DNA from: Chamaesiphon sp. | GTDB taxonomy: Bacteria; Cyanobacteriota; Cyanobacteriia; Cyanobacteriales; Chamaesiphonaceae | Assembly (NCBI GenBank): GCA_965246715.1 | Contig: CBDFFH010000043.1 | Span: 107,160 to 171,159 of the forward strand | Length of the DNA: 64,000 nucleotides | Direction of reading: 5' to 3' | Shown: positions 39,518-51,205 of the stretch, piece after piece | Numbering within the stretch: the stretch's first letter is position 1 | Layout: every line of letters begins with the position of its first letter | Notes under the pieces: generated by a model | Databases searched by the model: none | What the model was told of the DNA's origin: nothing | The model's input: only the letters and a program-made list of their open reading frames with translations | Translations under genes and position numbers: made by a program

Positions 39518-40561
39518 ATGAACACTTCCGTCTATCCTGTCTGCTGGCAAACCGATCGCGTCCTGTTGATCGACCAAAATCGACTACCGAATGAGTATAC
39601 ACAGGTAGAAATCAGCCGCGTTGAGGATATGGCAGAAGCAATTCGCACCATGATCGTGCGCGGTGCGCCAGCAATCGGGGTAGCGGCAGCTTATGGGATG
39701 TATCTCGGTGCCAGAGATCTGACGACAACAGATCGCGATGAATTTTTGACCCAACTCACAGACATCGGTAAAACCCTCCGCGCCACTCGCCCGACTGCAG
39801 TTAACCTGTTTTGGGCGATCGATCGCATGGAGCTGACAGCCCGCACCACATTAGGCAGTGTCGAACAGATTAGCCAGCAATTACTCGTTGCTGCAAAAAA
39901 AATCAATGCCGAAGATATTGAAACCTGTAAAGCAATCGGCGAGCATGGTTTAGCAGTTTTACCCAGCAGTCCAACAAAGTTATGTTTGCTCACTCATTGC
40001 AACGCTGGTGCCCTCGCAACCGCAGGTTATGGTACAGCACTAGGCGTAGTGCGTTCGGCATGGACGCAAGGGCGGCTGGCACGGTTGTACGCTGATGAAA
40101 CACGTCCCCGGCTCCAAGGTGCCAGACTCACCAGTTGGGAATGCGTGCAGGAGGGAATTCCCGTGACGGTGATTGCTGATAGTATGGCAGCTCACTGTAT
40201 GAAACAGGGTTTAATCGACGCTGTGGTCGTGGGTGCAGATCGGATTGCGGCTAATGGTGATGCTGCCAACAAAATCGGTACTTATAGTTTGGCATTGGTG
40301 GCTAAAGCACACAATATCCCATTCTTTGTTGCCGCACCACGATCGACGATCGATTTTAGTCTCAGCGATGGCAGTCTTATCCCGATCGAAGAACGTCATC
40401 CATCCGAACTTTATCAAATTGGGGACACGATCGTTTGTCCCCCTGGAGCTGAGTTTTATAATCCGGCTTTTGATGTCACCCCCGCACATCTGATTCAAGC
40501 AATTATTACTGAATTTGGCGCATTTCCTCCCGCCGAGATTGTCAGTCTCCAAGATCGCTAA
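39518..40561 (+). CDS. mtnA: Methylthioribose-1-phosphate isomerase
   Basis: [42 protein letters not shown]. Confidence 0.95.
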   Translation: MNTSVYPVCWQTDRVLLIDQNRLPNEYTQVEISRVEDMAEAIRTMIVRGAPAIGVAAAYGMYLGARDLTTTDRDEFLTQLTDIGKTLRATRPTAVNLFWAIDRMELTARTTLGSVEQISQQLLVAAKKINAEDIETCKAIGEHGLAVLPSSPTKLCLLTHCNAGALATAGYGTALGVVRSAWTQGRLARLYADETRPRLQGARLTSWECVQEGIPVTVIADSMAAHCMKQGLIDAVVVGADRIAANGDAANKIGTYSLALVAKAHNIPFFVAAPRSTIDFSLSDGSLIPIEERHPSELYQIGDTIVCPPGAEFYNPAFDVTPAHLIQAIITEFGAFPPAEIVSLQDR

Positions 40562-40589
40562 GACTTCGAGTTTAATCTTGAGAATTGAG

Positions 40590-41168
40590 ATGTTTATTCC
40601 CTATCGCCGTTCGACTATTTTAGTTGCTTTATGCTGGCTGACTTTTTTGATAGTTGTCTTTAGCGATACCGCCACACCTTTTGCAATTGCCATCCCAGTA
40701 TGTTTGCTGTTAATCATCTGGATCGCAAGCTTGACAATCAGGGCGACTATCGTAATCGCTCTGATGGCTTGTAACCGTCTCCAAACCAACCGAGTCGAAC
40801 AAAAAAATCTATTAAACTTTGGATTTGAGTCGCTGGCGATCGTTTTATCTGTGGCGCTACTTGTCTTTCAAGTTCCAACCATCGTCAGACTAAAGCTGAG
40901 CGAATCAGCTCTCAAACAATACGTTCGAGAGGTACAAACAAGGTATCATTCTACCCAAAAAATCCCAATAGCCACAAGATCGGTAGGATTATTTGAAATT
41001 AGAGAAACAGAGTTACTAGAGGGTAAGATCGTGAGGATGATTACTGCTGCTGATTTTCTTGATGATACGGGGTTAGTCTACTCACCCGATCGAGTGCCAC
41101 CTGTTCGTGGCGAAGATGCTTATCGCCATCTCTACGGTGATTGGTGGTATTGGCATCGGAGTTGGTAA
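40590..41168 (+). CDS. Hypothetical membrane protein
   Basis: Three hydrophobic segments; C-terminal HLYGDWWYW. Confidence 0.6.
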   Translation: MFIPYRRSTILVALCWLTFLIVVFSDTATPFAIAIPVCLLLIIWIASLTIRATIVIALMACNRLQTNRVEQKNLLNFGFESLAIVLSVALLVFQVPTIVRLKLSESALKQYVREVQTRYHSTQKIPIATRSVGLFEIRETELLEGKIVRMITAADFLDDTGLVYSPDRVPPVRGEDAYRHLYGDWWYWHRSW

Positions 41169-41301
41169 TCGTCACGATTGTGTCCTTGGCTCGAGTCGTC
41201 TTCTCAGCCAGATGACAGCAACAATTTATCGATTCTTTCCGGAACCGATCGCTAAACTGACGAAGTATTAAATATTACCACCACTTATCGATGCAGCGAC
41301 T

Positions 41302-41781
41302 ATGACTAACCGAATAAACCTGTGTGCCTCAATTGGCTTGAGTATTTTGTTAACTATCGGTGGGAGCATTCCAGCAATGGCACAATCAATGGCAACCGAG
41401 CGAGAGATTGCTAAGTACTCGACTGACTATATTCCTGAATTTAAGTCAACGATCGTCAATCAGTCAGGTAATGCCAAATTGGGCGAGATCGCTGTCAATG
41501 TTGATTTTGCTAGCTTTGGCGATAACAAGACAGAGTTGGAGAACGGTCAACGTCAACTAATCCACGTTAAAGGAGCTTTACTTTTCCTTAATAAAGATGC
41601 CGTATCCAAAGCCAGGATCGAGCGGAAATTCAAAAAGATTAGCATCATTCTAGTGTCGAGCGAGTCGCAAAGAAGTCTGGCGATGAGCAATGGCGAACTG
41701 ATTATCAAGTCCAACTCCTTCGACCTAAACAAACTTTACAGCTCTGAAGATATTAAGGGTTTCTTACTCAAAAAACTCTAA
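41302..41781 (+). CDS. Hypothetical secreted protein
   Basis: Signal peptide (..IPAMA-QS). Confidence 0.6.
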   Translation: MTNRINLCASIGLSILLTIGGSIPAMAQSMATEREIAKYSTDYIPEFKSTIVNQSGNAKLGEIAVNVDFASFGDNKTELENGQRQLIHVKGALLFLNKDAVSKARIERKFKKISIILVSSESQRSLAMSNGELIIKSNSFDLNKLYSSEDIKGFLLKKL

Positions 41782-41971
41782 AGTAATCGGCTCTCCTGTA
41801 GTTATGGTGATAATTTAATCTTATTGACAGGAGGAGAGGGTAAGGGGTAAAGGAAACGATCGACAAGTGTTTTGGTATTCTCGGATACTATTTACCCCAA
41901 AATGTCAGGAGAGCCATCTAATTGTTGTGGGGTCAAAACTAGCTATTACTGAACTATAATTTTTAGATCGA

Positions 41972-42856
41972 TTAGGCTTTGATGTCGAATTTTGGAGATA
42001 CCTTTACGATCCCGATTGTCAAGACAATCAAGAAAATCACTCCATGTATTCCAGAAATAGGATTGCCATTAATCCCAGTTACCCAGTCGGGAACTAGATC
42101 GGAATATTTGACTAATTTACCGACATTGACGATATAGTAAGCCCAAACCAGACCAGCATGAAGCCCGATCGACATGCCTAATAGATTACCATTTTGACGT
42201 TTGGCAACGATCGTTAATGTGCCTAATAAAAATAACCCTGGAAATTCGGGTAAAGACTGGAGGACTAGGGCGAGCGGTTTGATAAAATGTAGTAGTGTGT
42301 ATAGAGCAGAATCGATCGTTAGGGAGACAATGGGTTGATAATCTCGATCGAGTTCGTCCAACATCCAACCACGAAAAAATAGCTCCTCTGCTAATGCCAC
42401 ACCTAGCGATGTCGCTGCACCTTCGAGGATTAATTGTAGGAGCGATAGCTGTGGCGATTGCCATGTCAACCACCCAAAGATTCCTTGCGTGACAAATAGC
42501 GCAAACGTAAAGCCTAACCCGATCGCCAATCCTTTAAGTAGTAACCAGCCATTTCGCTGTGTGACGACCATCCCATAGCGATAAAACAGATTTGGATGAT
42601 TGTATACTTTCCGTCCCCACCACGGCAGAATTGCAAAAAATTCGATCGCCAGCCATCCCATCGTCAGGATCGAGAGTAAATTTTTGGTACCAGGATCTTC
42701 GAGATTTTGGTGGGTCAGACCCATCACTCCATAGATTAAGGCTAGCCCTGGCACCCACAATATAATTAGCACCAGTAGGAAGCTAAACATCCTGGCTGGT
42801 GCCGAGTAATTTTTGATGGAACTAAGATTGGGCAGTTTCATAGATCTAAAATTCAA
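41972..42856 (-). CDS. CPBP (CAAX/Abi) intramembrane protease
   Basis: EELFFRG and IGLHAG motifs; multiple TM helices. Confidence 0.85.
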   Translation of the reverse strand: MNFRSMKLPNLSSIKNYSAPARMFSFLLVLIILWVPGLALIYGVMGLTHQNLEDPGTKNLLSILTMGWLAIEFFAILPWWGRKVYNHPNLFYRYGMVVTQRNGWLLLKGLAIGLGFTFALFVTQGIFGWLTWQSPQLSLLQLILEGAATSLGVALAEELFFRGWMLDELDRDYQPIVSLTIDSALYTLLHFIKPLALVLQSLPEFPGLFLLGTLTIVAKRQNGNLLGMSIGLHAGLVWAYYIVNVGKLVKYSDLVPDWVTGINGNPISGIHGVIFLIVLTIGIVKVSPKFDIKA

Positions 42857-42926
42857 AATGTCTAGCCGACACTATTAGATTAGTTCAAATGACGGCGAAC
42901 ATTGAATTTTAGTTTTAGATGTTAGG

Positions 42927-43208
42927 TTATTCTGCTGGCTCGATCGTACTACTCAGACCGTTAGTCTTTAGAATCTCGCAATAATGCTCGGCATGTTCTT
43001 GGTTGCAGACGATCACCATTGCCATCCCATACTGATGAGCTTCCATCATCACATTAATCGCATGAGGTGGGGACATATTCGGGATATTGCCAACCAACAC
43101 CTCGACGACATGCTCCATGCTATTAAAATCATCATTGTGGAGCAGCACGCGATAATTAGGCGCAAGCTTACGGGATGTTGAACGCTTCTCAATAGTTTCA
43201 ACAGACAC
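42927..43208 (-). CDS. clpS: Clp protease adaptor ClpS
   Basis: YRVLLHNDDFNSMEHVV, MMEAH..G. Confidence 0.95.
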   Translation of the reverse strand: MSVETIEKRSTSRKLAPNYRVLLHNDDFNSMEHVVEVLVGNIPNMSPPHAINVMMEAHQYGMAMVIVCNQEHAEHYCEILKTNGLSSTIEPAE

Positions 43209-43397
43209 GCTTATAACTCTCTCTTACTAAAATTGGACAACTCTATCTATTATGCCGCGATCGATTCAACTTTGCTCGATGAGCGAGAAATGTTTAGGAT
43301 AGTGGAAGTTGAGAGCGAACAGTGAACAGTGAACAGTAACTTTCATTTCCCCTCTTCCTCTACTTCCCTACTCCCCACACTTCCCATACTCCCCAAG

Positions 43398-44300
43398 ATG
43401 ACCGCAACAACCACCATTAACCCATCCACCCAACCCATCCCAGGTCAATATTGGACGTGGCGAGGAGAGCAAATTTATTACGTCCAGGCTGGGGGCGCAC
43501 ATCCAGAACGACCGCCGCTATTGTTAATTCATGGGTTTGGAGCTTCGACGGATCATTGGCGCAAAAATATTTCCGAACTCAGTCAAGAATTTCAGGTATA
43601 TGCGATCGATCTTCTCGGTTTCGGACGTGCAGCAAAACCAGCCTGGAACTACACCGCGCAACTATGGCAAGACCAATTGCATGATTTTATTACGGAAGTT
43701 ATCGGTCGTCCAAGCGTCCTCGTTGGCAATTCACTCGGTGGCTATGCAGCCTTGTGTGTCGCCGCGAATTATCCCGAATCGGCTGCTGGTCTGGTCTTAA
43801 TCAATAGTGCTGGGCCATTTACCGATAGTACCCATCCCAAAGAGCCGACAGCGGTTCAAAAATTCCTCAATGAAATGGTAACAGGCATTCTCCGCCACCC
43901 AGTGGGCAATTTCCTATTATATAAATTCGTCCAACGTAAATCTTTTATCCGCGATACCCTCAACAAGGTGTATGTAGATAAAACAGCGGTAACGGAACAA
44001 TTAGTCGATGAAATTTATCGTCCTTCCTGCGATGCTGGCGCGACGGAGGTATTTGCATCGGTATTTAGCAACCAACAAGGTGAAAAAGTCGATATTTTAC
44101 TCGGGAAAATGCAATGTCCGCTGTTGATGCTTTGGGGTGAAGGCGATCCTTGGATTAATGCTCGTCAGCGCGGGGCAAAGTTTCGTGAATATTATCCACA
44201 ACTAGAAGAACATTATTTTAACGCTGGACACTGTCCGCATGATGAAATCCCCAGTCAGCTCGACAGTAAAATCTCTCAGTGGATGCATCATCTAAGTTAA
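43398..44300 (+). CDS. Alpha/beta fold hydrolase
   Basis: HGFGAS, DLLGFG, GNSLGG, AGHCPHDE. Confidence 0.9.
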   Translation: MTATTTINPSTQPIPGQYWTWRGEQIYYVQAGGAHPERPPLLLIHGFGASTDHWRKNISELSQEFQVYAIDLLGFGRAAKPAWNYTAQLWQDQLHDFITEVIGRPSVLVGNSLGGYAALCVAANYPESAAGLVLINSAGPFTDSTHPKEPTAVQKFLNEMVTGILRHPVGNFLLYKFVQRKSFIRDTLNKVYVDKTAVTEQLVDEIYRPSCDAGATEVFASVFSNQQGEKVDILLGKMQCPLLMLWGEGDPWINARQRGAKFREYYPQLEEHYFNAGHCPHDEIPSQLDSKISQWMHHLS

Positions 44301-44385
44301 AGTTATCGCGCAGAGTCGATTACACAGCTTAAATGTGACGATCGATCCATAACGATCCGGAAACTGGGCAGCGAGACTTGTATGA

Positions 44386-46242
44386 TTGAGTAAATCTGTC
44401 CGGTCGATCGCCACCATGCAGCCGTCAATTCGTCTTTCTCGTTCCGCGCAACCGACATTCATCGATCTACTTATCTTCCAACTCAAAGTCTGGGGACTAC
44501 AGTTGAGAAGAACGATTATCGACCTCGGGAATCGATCGATCCGCAAACATCCTACCCAGGAACGACCGGACATTTTAGGGCCGATTTTAGCCGAATCTCG
44601 ATCGCCGATCTGGAGCACAAGCGTTCCTGGTTTGGTAACGGGTTCGATCGATTTAGAACAACCCCTGATCGCCGGAAAAATTCATAACCTGCGGGTGGCA
44701 ATTTGCCAGCTCAATGGGGTAGAAATACCTGCGGGAGATGTTTTTAGCTTTTGGGCGCAAATCGGCCAACCGAGTAGATTTAGGGGCTATGTTAAGGGCA
44801 GAGAACTCAGGCAAGGTTGCATCGTACCGACGATCGCGGGTGGCTTATGTCAATTGGCAAATGCCCTCTATCAAGTGGCGCTAGATGCCGATCTGGAAAT
44901 AATCGAACGCCATCGGCACAGTACGATCGTGGCGGGTGCGGATGCCGAAACAGATCGAGATGCGACAATCTTTTGGAATTATGTAGATCTGCGCTTTCGG
45001 GTCGATCGATCGATTAGAATTGAGGCCCAATTAACTAGCGATACGCTTATCGTTAGACTCCGGGGGACGCAGGTAGAAATTCCGCCGGATGTATTGAAAA
45101 GTATGCCGATAGTTAACTTGGCACCGAACGAGCAAATCGCCAGTTGTCAAAGTTGTCACGCGACTGATTGCATTCGGAAACTCACTATTCCAGCCACAGC
45201 CGAGAAATTTGGGACTACTGCGTATCTCGTCGATGAATATTGGGCCGAATTCGATCGCTATCTCCAGCAGCAGCGCACCGAGCGAGATCTGCTGCTCGTT
45301 CCGCTCGATGGCCAGCGTTGGCGCAAGCCAAATTATCATTGGACGCAGACTGGCTTTGGGAAGGTACATCGAGCGACGATCGCGACATTAATCAGATCGA
45401 TCGCCTCGCGCAATATGCCAATTCAAGGCTCCTCGCGTCAGCAAATCTTACTCTGGCAAGATGCCAAATTAGCCGCACAATTTAGTAAATCGCTGAGATA
45501 TGATGTCACCCATCTGGTGGTGATGCAAAATTTATTGCCCTATCTTTGGCAGTCTGGAGTATTGGGCGGACGGACGTTTGATGTGTTGATGACACGATTG
45601 CCGATCGCCGATTTACAATTACAATTGACAGCAGCACACGAGACTTATCCAGAAAGTCCGACGCTCGGTGATTTTCGAGCCGATCGATCTTTATTAGAAC
45701 TAGAACGTCAAGCCTTACAATCCGCCCGAAAAATTATTACCCCACATCGCCAAATTGCCGCGCTATTTGCCGATCGAGCGATCTTACTCGATTGGCAATT
45801 ACCAACAATCGTTGGCGAAGCCTCTCCTGTGGAGAATCGGCTACCACTGCCAGGACAAAAAATTCTCTTTCCATCGGCAACTTTAGGCCGCAAGGGAGCC
45901 TATGAATTAAGATCGATCGCCCAAGAATTAGATTTAGAGTTAACCGTGCTCAAGCCGTTGCTCGAAGGGCAAAATTTTTGGGATGGGGTGAAGATTACGG
46001 CGCTCGAGCGATTGAGTCTCGATGGTGTTGGCTTGGTAATTTTGCCCGCACATATCGAACACAAGCCGCGTTTTTTGCTCCGCGCGATCGCGTGTGGAAT
46101 TCCAGTAATTGCTACCGAGGCTTGTGGGCTGGGAAAAATGGCAGGTGTCACGACAATTCCAATTGGTGATGTTGATGCCTTGCGATCGGCAATTATAAAA
46201 TATTGTCATCCTCAGTTTGCAAGCTCTCGCGATCGATCTTAA
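44386..46242 (+). CDS. VanW domain fused to a glycosyltransferase-like C-terminus
   Basis: FSFW..IG, GGLCQ...LY, ERH.HS, DAT.FWNYVDLRF (VanW); RKGA..L and AIACGIPVIAT (GT-B like); start uncertain. Confidence 0.7.
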   Translation: MSKSVRSIATMQPSIRLSRSAQPTFIDLLIFQLKVWGLQLRRTIIDLGNRSIRKHPTQERPDILGPILAESRSPIWSTSVPGLVTGSIDLEQPLIAGKIHNLRVAICQLNGVEIPAGDVFSFWAQIGQPSRFRGYVKGRELRQGCIVPTIAGGLCQLANALYQVALDADLEIIERHRHSTIVAGADAETDRDATIFWNYVDLRFRVDRSIRIEAQLTSDTLIVRLRGTQVEIPPDVLKSMPIVNLAPNEQIASCQSCHATDCIRKLTIPATAEKFGTTAYLVDEYWAEFDRYLQQQRTERDLLLVPLDGQRWRKPNYHWTQTGFGKVHRATIATLIRSIASRNMPIQGSSRQQILLWQDAKLAAQFSKSLRYDVTHLVVMQNLLPYLWQSGVLGGRTFDVLMTRLPIADLQLQLTAAHETYPESPTLGDFRADRSLLELERQALQSARKIITPHRQIAALFADRAILLDWQLPTIVGEASPVENRLPLPGQKILFPSATLGRKGAYELRSIAQELDLELTVLKPLLEGQNFWDGVKITALERLSLDGVGLVILPAHIEHKPRFLLRAIACGIPVIATEACGLGKMAGVTTIPIGDVDALRSAIIKYCHPQFASSRDRS

Positions 46243-46485
46243 TGGTATAATCTAATTTTTCCAACTTTTTTAAAACTTTACTCGTGTTTTGAGCTACAGT
46301 TTCTCGATCGGTTTGACACTCGACATCGGGAGTTAGTGGTACTTTATAAGGTAAGCTAATTCCAGTGAAGTTATCGATCGATACGGCGACAGCGCCAAAA
46401 TCGTAGAGATTTAAGTGGCGATCGACGCCCACTAGCTATGGTTAAAGTAACATAATGGTGTGTAAGACTCAGCAGGACACAGTTG

Positions 46486-46812
46486 ATGACACTTCGATCG
46501 CTGCAAACTCAACTGCTTGCGCTCACTCCCGACGAAAAATATCAAACGATCCAACTCCTCACCAGTAGCCTAGCAACTCCCTGGCAAGGCATCAATAAAA
46601 CCCCCGATCTCATGGGTGGTGAAGCCTGCATTCGAGATACCCGCATTCCTGTCTGGCTCTTGGTTAGTTATATGCGGATGGGAGTGAGCGAAGCAAAAAT
46701 CCTCGATAACTACCCCACCCTGACAGCTACCGATCTCGTCAACGCTTGGAGCTATGCTAGTGCAAATCCTGACGAAATCGATCGGGCGATCGATCGGCAA
46801 GAAGCAGCATGA
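46486..46812 (+). CDS. DUF433 antitoxin-like protein
   Basis: GGEACIRDTRIPVW...G.SE..IL.NYP.L. Confidence 0.85.
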   Translation: MTLRSLQTQLLALTPDEKYQTIQLLTSSLATPWQGINKTPDLMGGEACIRDTRIPVWLLVSYMRMGVSEAKILDNYPTLTATDLVNAWSYASANPDEIDRAIDRQEAA

Positions 46813-46818
46813 TACTTG

Positions 46819-47197
46819 ATGGCAAAATTTTATGCAGACGAACAATTTTCCAAAGTGACTACGATTGCGCTCCGCGCGCTCGGACATGATGTGGTAACCG
46901 TGCAAGAGGCTGGGAATGGAAATCAGAAAATTCCCGATCCTGAAGTTCTCGCTTTTGCAACAGGTCAAAATCGAGCCGTTCTCACCCTCAATCGTTATGA
47001 TTTTATCCGTCTACACAAGCAATCGTCTCACCATGCAGGCATAATTGCATGTAGTCAATTACCCGTTGTGGTGGGGGTATCCTGCTGTTCTAAGTGAAAA
47101 CACTGATTTTGAAAGGCTAGCTCAGAAAATCCATGAAGCTGTTTGTAACCTCGAATACTTAACCGATCGACTCATTCGCGTTTATCGAGATGCTTAG
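46819..47197 (+). pseudogene. DUF5615 PIN-like toxin, frameshifted by a 40-bp insertion
   Basis: FYADEQF..LRALGHDV..D..VL..A....RAVLT.N..DF..HAGII; reading frame resumes at 47096 (ENTDFERLAQKIH...RDA*). Confidence 0.75.
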
Positions 47198-47336
47198 GAC
47201 TCCCCAAGAGCTAGTAAATAGATCGACGACAATCGATCTCCGTTCATCATCGATCGACAATCGAGCGATTTATCGACGCTTGCATTTAGAAAATGCCTAC
47301 GATTGAAACTGCTTTGAGTTTAGGTAGCAACTTGGG

Positions 47337-48515
47337 TTATTTAAATAGGGCGCGCATTCCTTCTTGGCGTTTGAGGGCGAGTTTGGTGACTTGGCGTTTT
47401 TCGGCTTGGCGGATGATGCGATTGAGTAGTTCGGTATATACCAGCGGTGGGTTAGATTTCACCCATAGATAAAAGGAGAGCGAACCAGGGAGAGTATTAA
47501 TCTCGTTGAAATAGAGCTTGTCGCAGCTTGCATCGATAATAAAATCGATCCGTGATACGCCCGAACAGCCTAGTACTTTAAAGGCTTTTTTGGCATAGTC
47601 TAGTGCGGCTTGTTTGAGTTCGGGATTGAGGTCTTGAGGGTCGATGACGCGGGACAAACTGGCCATCCCTTGCGATTCGTTCCCGCCGGTTTTTTTGCCG
47701 CCATCGTCCCGCAGATACTTCTCTTCAAATGTCAGCACGCCGCTGAGCGAGACCGGCATTTCAAGCACGGAAGCGGTGATTTCATCGTCTTCGAGGACAG
47801 ATACATTCACTTCGACAATCTCTTTGACACAGGGTTCGACGATCGCGTGACTATCATACCGGAAGGTGTTGACCAAACAAGCATTTAAAGTCCGCTCGTC
47901 TTTTGCTACGCCAATACCGATACTCGAACCGAGATTACAAGGTTTGACAAAGAGGGGAAACTGTTCGAGTCCAGGGGTGGCAAAAATCTGTTCGCGGACG
48001 GCGGTGAGGCTCTTTTGGGCATCGCGGCGATCGATTTGGGCAGCGGGTAAGACGGGAATCCCATGTGCTTTGAGCATGGTTTTGCACTGATATTTATTCA
48101 TCCCTAGCGCGGCGGGAAGTACACCACAGCCGGTATAGGTCGCATCGGCCATTTCCAACATCCCCTGGATGCAGCCATCTTCACCAAAAGTACCGTGAAA
48201 GGCGAGGAAATAGATATCGACGGGGAGAATGTCGTTTCGGCGTGAATTGAGGTAGGTGAGTCCTTTACTTCCCGCTACAGGTAATAAGGCAACTTCCTGT
48301 GCCGCTCTGACAGAATTGGGGAGACGACGATAGAAGTTTTTATCGAGCAGTTCGTCGCCGACATACCAGCGTCCGGTTTGAGCGATATAGACGGGGATAA
48401 TATGATATTGAGTAACGTCGATGACGTTGATGAGTTGCAGGGCGGTGATGACAGAGATTTCGTGTTCGACGGATCTCCCTCCAAATAGGACTGCGAGGTT
48501 CTTCTTCTTCATCAT
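47337..48515 (-). CDS. ddl: D-alanine--D-alanine ligase family protein
   Basis: LFGGRSVEHEIS, HGTFGEDG.IQG, GSSIG, RIDF, NEINTLPGS. Confidence 0.85.
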   Translation of the reverse strand: MMKKKNLAVLFGGRSVEHEISVITALQLINVIDVTQYHIIPVYIAQTGRWYVGDELLDKNFYRRLPNSVRAAQEVALLPVAGSKGLTYLNSRRNDILPVDIYFLAFHGTFGEDGCIQGMLEMADATYTGCGVLPAALGMNKYQCKTMLKAHGIPVLPAAQIDRRDAQKSLTAVREQIFATPGLEQFPLFVKPCNLGSSIGIGVAKDERTLNACLVNTFRYDSHAIVEPCVKEIVEVNVSVLEDDEITASVLEMPVSLSGVLTFEEKYLRDDGGKKTGGNESQGMASLSRVIDPQDLNPELKQAALDYAKKAFKVLGCSGVSRIDFIIDASCDKLYFNEINTLPGSLSFYLWVKSNPPLVYTELLNRIIRQAEKRQVTKLALKRQEGMRALFK

Positions 48516-48619
48516 GTCAACTACTACCCTGTGTCAGACGATCGTGCCGTCAAACATTCTACAATTATCTGACCGGATCGTTGGTAAATTAAATTCCCCT
48601 TGTCCTAAATAAAACTCAT

Positions 48620-49414
48620 TTGTCACAGCAGCCCCTAATTAATCCCCATGTCTATATTATCGGTGTCGGCCCTGGCGATCCCGATTTGTTGACCGTCAAG
48701 GCACATCGCCTCATCGCAACGGCAGAGGTAATTTTGTATGCAGATTCGCTAATTCCCGATCGGATGTTGCAAGACACCCGATCGGATGTGGAGATTATCA
48801 AAACTAGCGATCGTACTTTAGAAGAAATTATCGCAGTAATGGTCGATCGAGTCCGATCGGGTTTACTTGTAGCGCGGTTACATTCAGGCGACTTGACGCT
48901 GTATAGTGCCATTACCGAGCAGATTCAGGCCTTGCGAGCTGTCGATATTACCGTAGAATTGGTACCAGGAGTCGGCGCATTTCAAGCTGCTGCGGCCAAA
49001 CTTCAAGTCGAACTTACCGTTCCCGAACTGGTACAAACGATTATTCTGACGCGCCCATCGGGGAGAGCTTCCGCTGTACCTGCGGCGGAGGATTTGGCGA
49101 GTTTAGCCGCGCATCGATCGAGTTTGTGTCTCTATCTTGCCGCTCGGCATGTCGAGACAGCTCAAGCGCAATTATTGCAACACTATGACCCCGATACGCC
49201 AGTGGCGATTTGCTTTCGAGTCGGTTGGGAGGAGGAACAAATCTGGGTAGTACCGCTGACAGAGATGGCGGCAGTTACCACTAGGGAAAATTTGGTGCGA
49301 TCGACGATGTATATCATCAGTCCGGCATTGTCAGAACTTCATGGCTCTACTGCTCGGACACGATCGCAATTATATCATCCCGATTACGATCGCTTATTTC
49401 GATCGCGCGATTGA
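48620..49414 (+). CDS. cobM: Precorrin-4 C11-methyltransferase
   Basis: [37 protein letters not shown]. Confidence 0.92.
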   Translation: MSQQPLINPHVYIIGVGPGDPDLLTVKAHRLIATAEVILYADSLIPDRMLQDTRSDVEIIKTSDRTLEEIIAVMVDRVRSGLLVARLHSGDLTLYSAITEQIQALRAVDITVELVPGVGAFQAAAAKLQVELTVPELVQTIILTRPSGRASAVPAAEDLASLAAHRSSLCLYLAARHVETAQAQLLQHYDPDTPVAICFRVGWEEEQIWVVPLTEMAAVTTRENLVRSTMYIISPALSELHGSTARTRSQLYHPDYDRLFRSRD

Positions 49415-51205
49415 CTGCGCGGTCGAACCGATCGAAAATAAGCACAAGATTTTACCCACATCCACTGACGAGCGCGTCGAAACTGGCGTGCGTCCGCCCC
49501 AACTGACGCTTGCCTGCACTGGAGTCGATTTTGGTGCTTTGACCACATTTTGACCGATGGCACAACTGCCCGCACAATCAGAATAAGCAACAATGCCATA
49601 CTTCATCCGCGTCGGTGAAAGCGTATCGACGATCGTGTTGCGCTGAATGCGGAGATTTTTATTTTTGCTATTTTCCTGAAGATAAATTCCGGCGCGGGCG
49701 AGTCCGGGGCTATCTTTTGCTAGCAGGCTACTCCGGACTGGATTGATAATCGTGTTATTTTCGATCTTGGAACTACCGGTACCGCCGAGTGCGGCATTCG
49801 CCCAAATTCCCGCGCCAGGCGCATTGGTAATGCGATTACCGGAAATGGTCAACCGATCGATCGGAATGTCAGGATGTTTGTATTTCCACAGTGTAATCCC
49901 GCTCGAAAACCGATCGTGTTCGTAGTTTATGGGTTTGGCTTTGACAAAGTTGATGCGGTTATCGGCGATCGTTAAATCTTGAATCGGCGCATTACTATTC
50001 GGATCTTGTAGAATTCCCGCAGAGGGGCCTTTGTTACTGACAATGCCAGGAGTCAACCAATCATCGGAGTTGATATTGATGGTATTGCGCTGGATGACAA
50101 TCTGCTGCATCGCAGGTCGCTCGGGACTATTCTCTTGATGGATGACATGCCAGAGGGTAAAGCCCGTATTGGCTCCGTCGATGAGATTATCGCGGTAAAG
50201 TTGCCGCTGCGATACGGGCGTACCCGCACCAGTGACATTGATGCCATTGGCGTAGCCTTTAATCGTGTTGCCGATAACGGTCTGATCGCTACCATGAATT
50301 TCGATCGCCGTGCGCGCGCCTCTAGTGCCTGCACCAGCGCGAGATGTAAACAGATTCTTCTCTACCAACATCCGCGCGCCTTGGGTATAAATCGACGAAT
50401 GATCGAAATCTACGGCGCTCCCGCCCACATTATCAAAGCGCGAATTAACGATCGCCACATCAGTCATCCGATCGAGCTTGCCATTAACTACTACCGACCA
50501 CACGCCCAGTTGATTGGTAAAGCGACACCGATCGATCCGAATCCGCTGGCCGATGTAAGCGCGAAAGACAGTACGCGGCAATAAATTCTGTTCGTCCCCA
50601 AAATCGGGACTGATTTTGCCGCCGCTACCTTCTGCTGCTAGGACGGGATTATTCGGGCCGTTGGAATCAAATGTCAATCCCTCGATCGCAACATCATTTA
50701 GTGGTGTGCCCATTTCCGCCGTGCCCATCAGTGCTTCATAATTGCCTTGACGGTCGGCTAGCCGAATGGTGACACCTTGGCTCGGAGTGGCCGCAGCCAG
50801 CCTAATGCCAGAGCGTAACTTGAGGGCTTGGGGATGTTTGCCTTGGGTTTGGATCGAAAGATGATAAGTACCTGGCGGAAATAGCACACTGCCACCACCA
50901 CGATTAGCAGTTGCATCGATCGCTTTTTGAATGGCTGCGGTATCGTCAATCCCATCATTGGGCTTAGCACCAAACCGAGTTACTAAGGTCGAGAAGTTGG
51001 CAATCTTGGGCGCTGCTGGTAAGCTCGGGCGAGCTGCGGGCGCAACTTGAAGTTGTAAAGCGGCTCCCCGCTCGCTTCGAGCTGGAGGTTGCGATAAATC
51101 CTGCGCCGCGATCGATTGCGGTAGCATATTCCCTAGTTTTACTCCTGAATAGTTTGGTAACAGAACAAATAGGAGCGTGTTAATTACGAACAACTTAAAT
51201 GGCAT
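49394..51205 (-). CDS. Secreted right-handed parallel beta-helix protein (pectate lyase 3-like N-terminus)
   Basis: [26 protein letters not shown]; repeated I..N.I beta-helix motifs. Confidence 0.8.
   Translation of the reverse strand: MPFKLFVINTLLFVLLPNYSGVKLGNMLPQSIAAQDLSQPPARSERGAALQLQVAPAARPSLPAAPKIANFSTLVTRFGAKPNDGIDDTAAIQKAIDATANRGGGSVLFPPGTYHLSIQTQGKHPQALKLRSGIRLAAATPSQGVTIRLADRQGNYEALMGTAEMGTPLNDVAIEGLTFDSNGPNNPVLAAEGSGGKISPDFGDEQNLLPRTVFRAYIGQRIRIDRCRFTNQLGVWSVVVNGKLDRMTDVAIVNSRFDNVGGSAVDFDHSSIYTQGARMLVEKNLFTSRAGAGTRGARTAIEIHGSDQTVIGNTIKGYANGINVTGAGTPVSQRQLYRDNLIDGANTGFTLWHVIHQENSPERPAMQQIVIQRNTININSDDWLTPGIVSNKGPSAGILQDPNSNAPIQDLTIADNRINFVKAKPINYEHDRFSSGITLWKYKHPDIPIDRLTISGNRITNAPGAGIWANAALGGTGSSKIENNTIINPVRSSLLAKDSPGLARAGIYLQENSKNKNLRIQRNTIVDTLSPTRMKYGIVAYSDCAGSCAIGQNVVKAPKSTPVQASVSWGGRTPVSTRSSVDVGKILCLFSIGSTAQSIARSK

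Noticed and set aside
43317..43340. Heptamer tandem GAACAGT x3, plus AAAATCC-type runs near 14225 and 16820
   Set aside because: Short STRR-like repeats common in cyanobacteria
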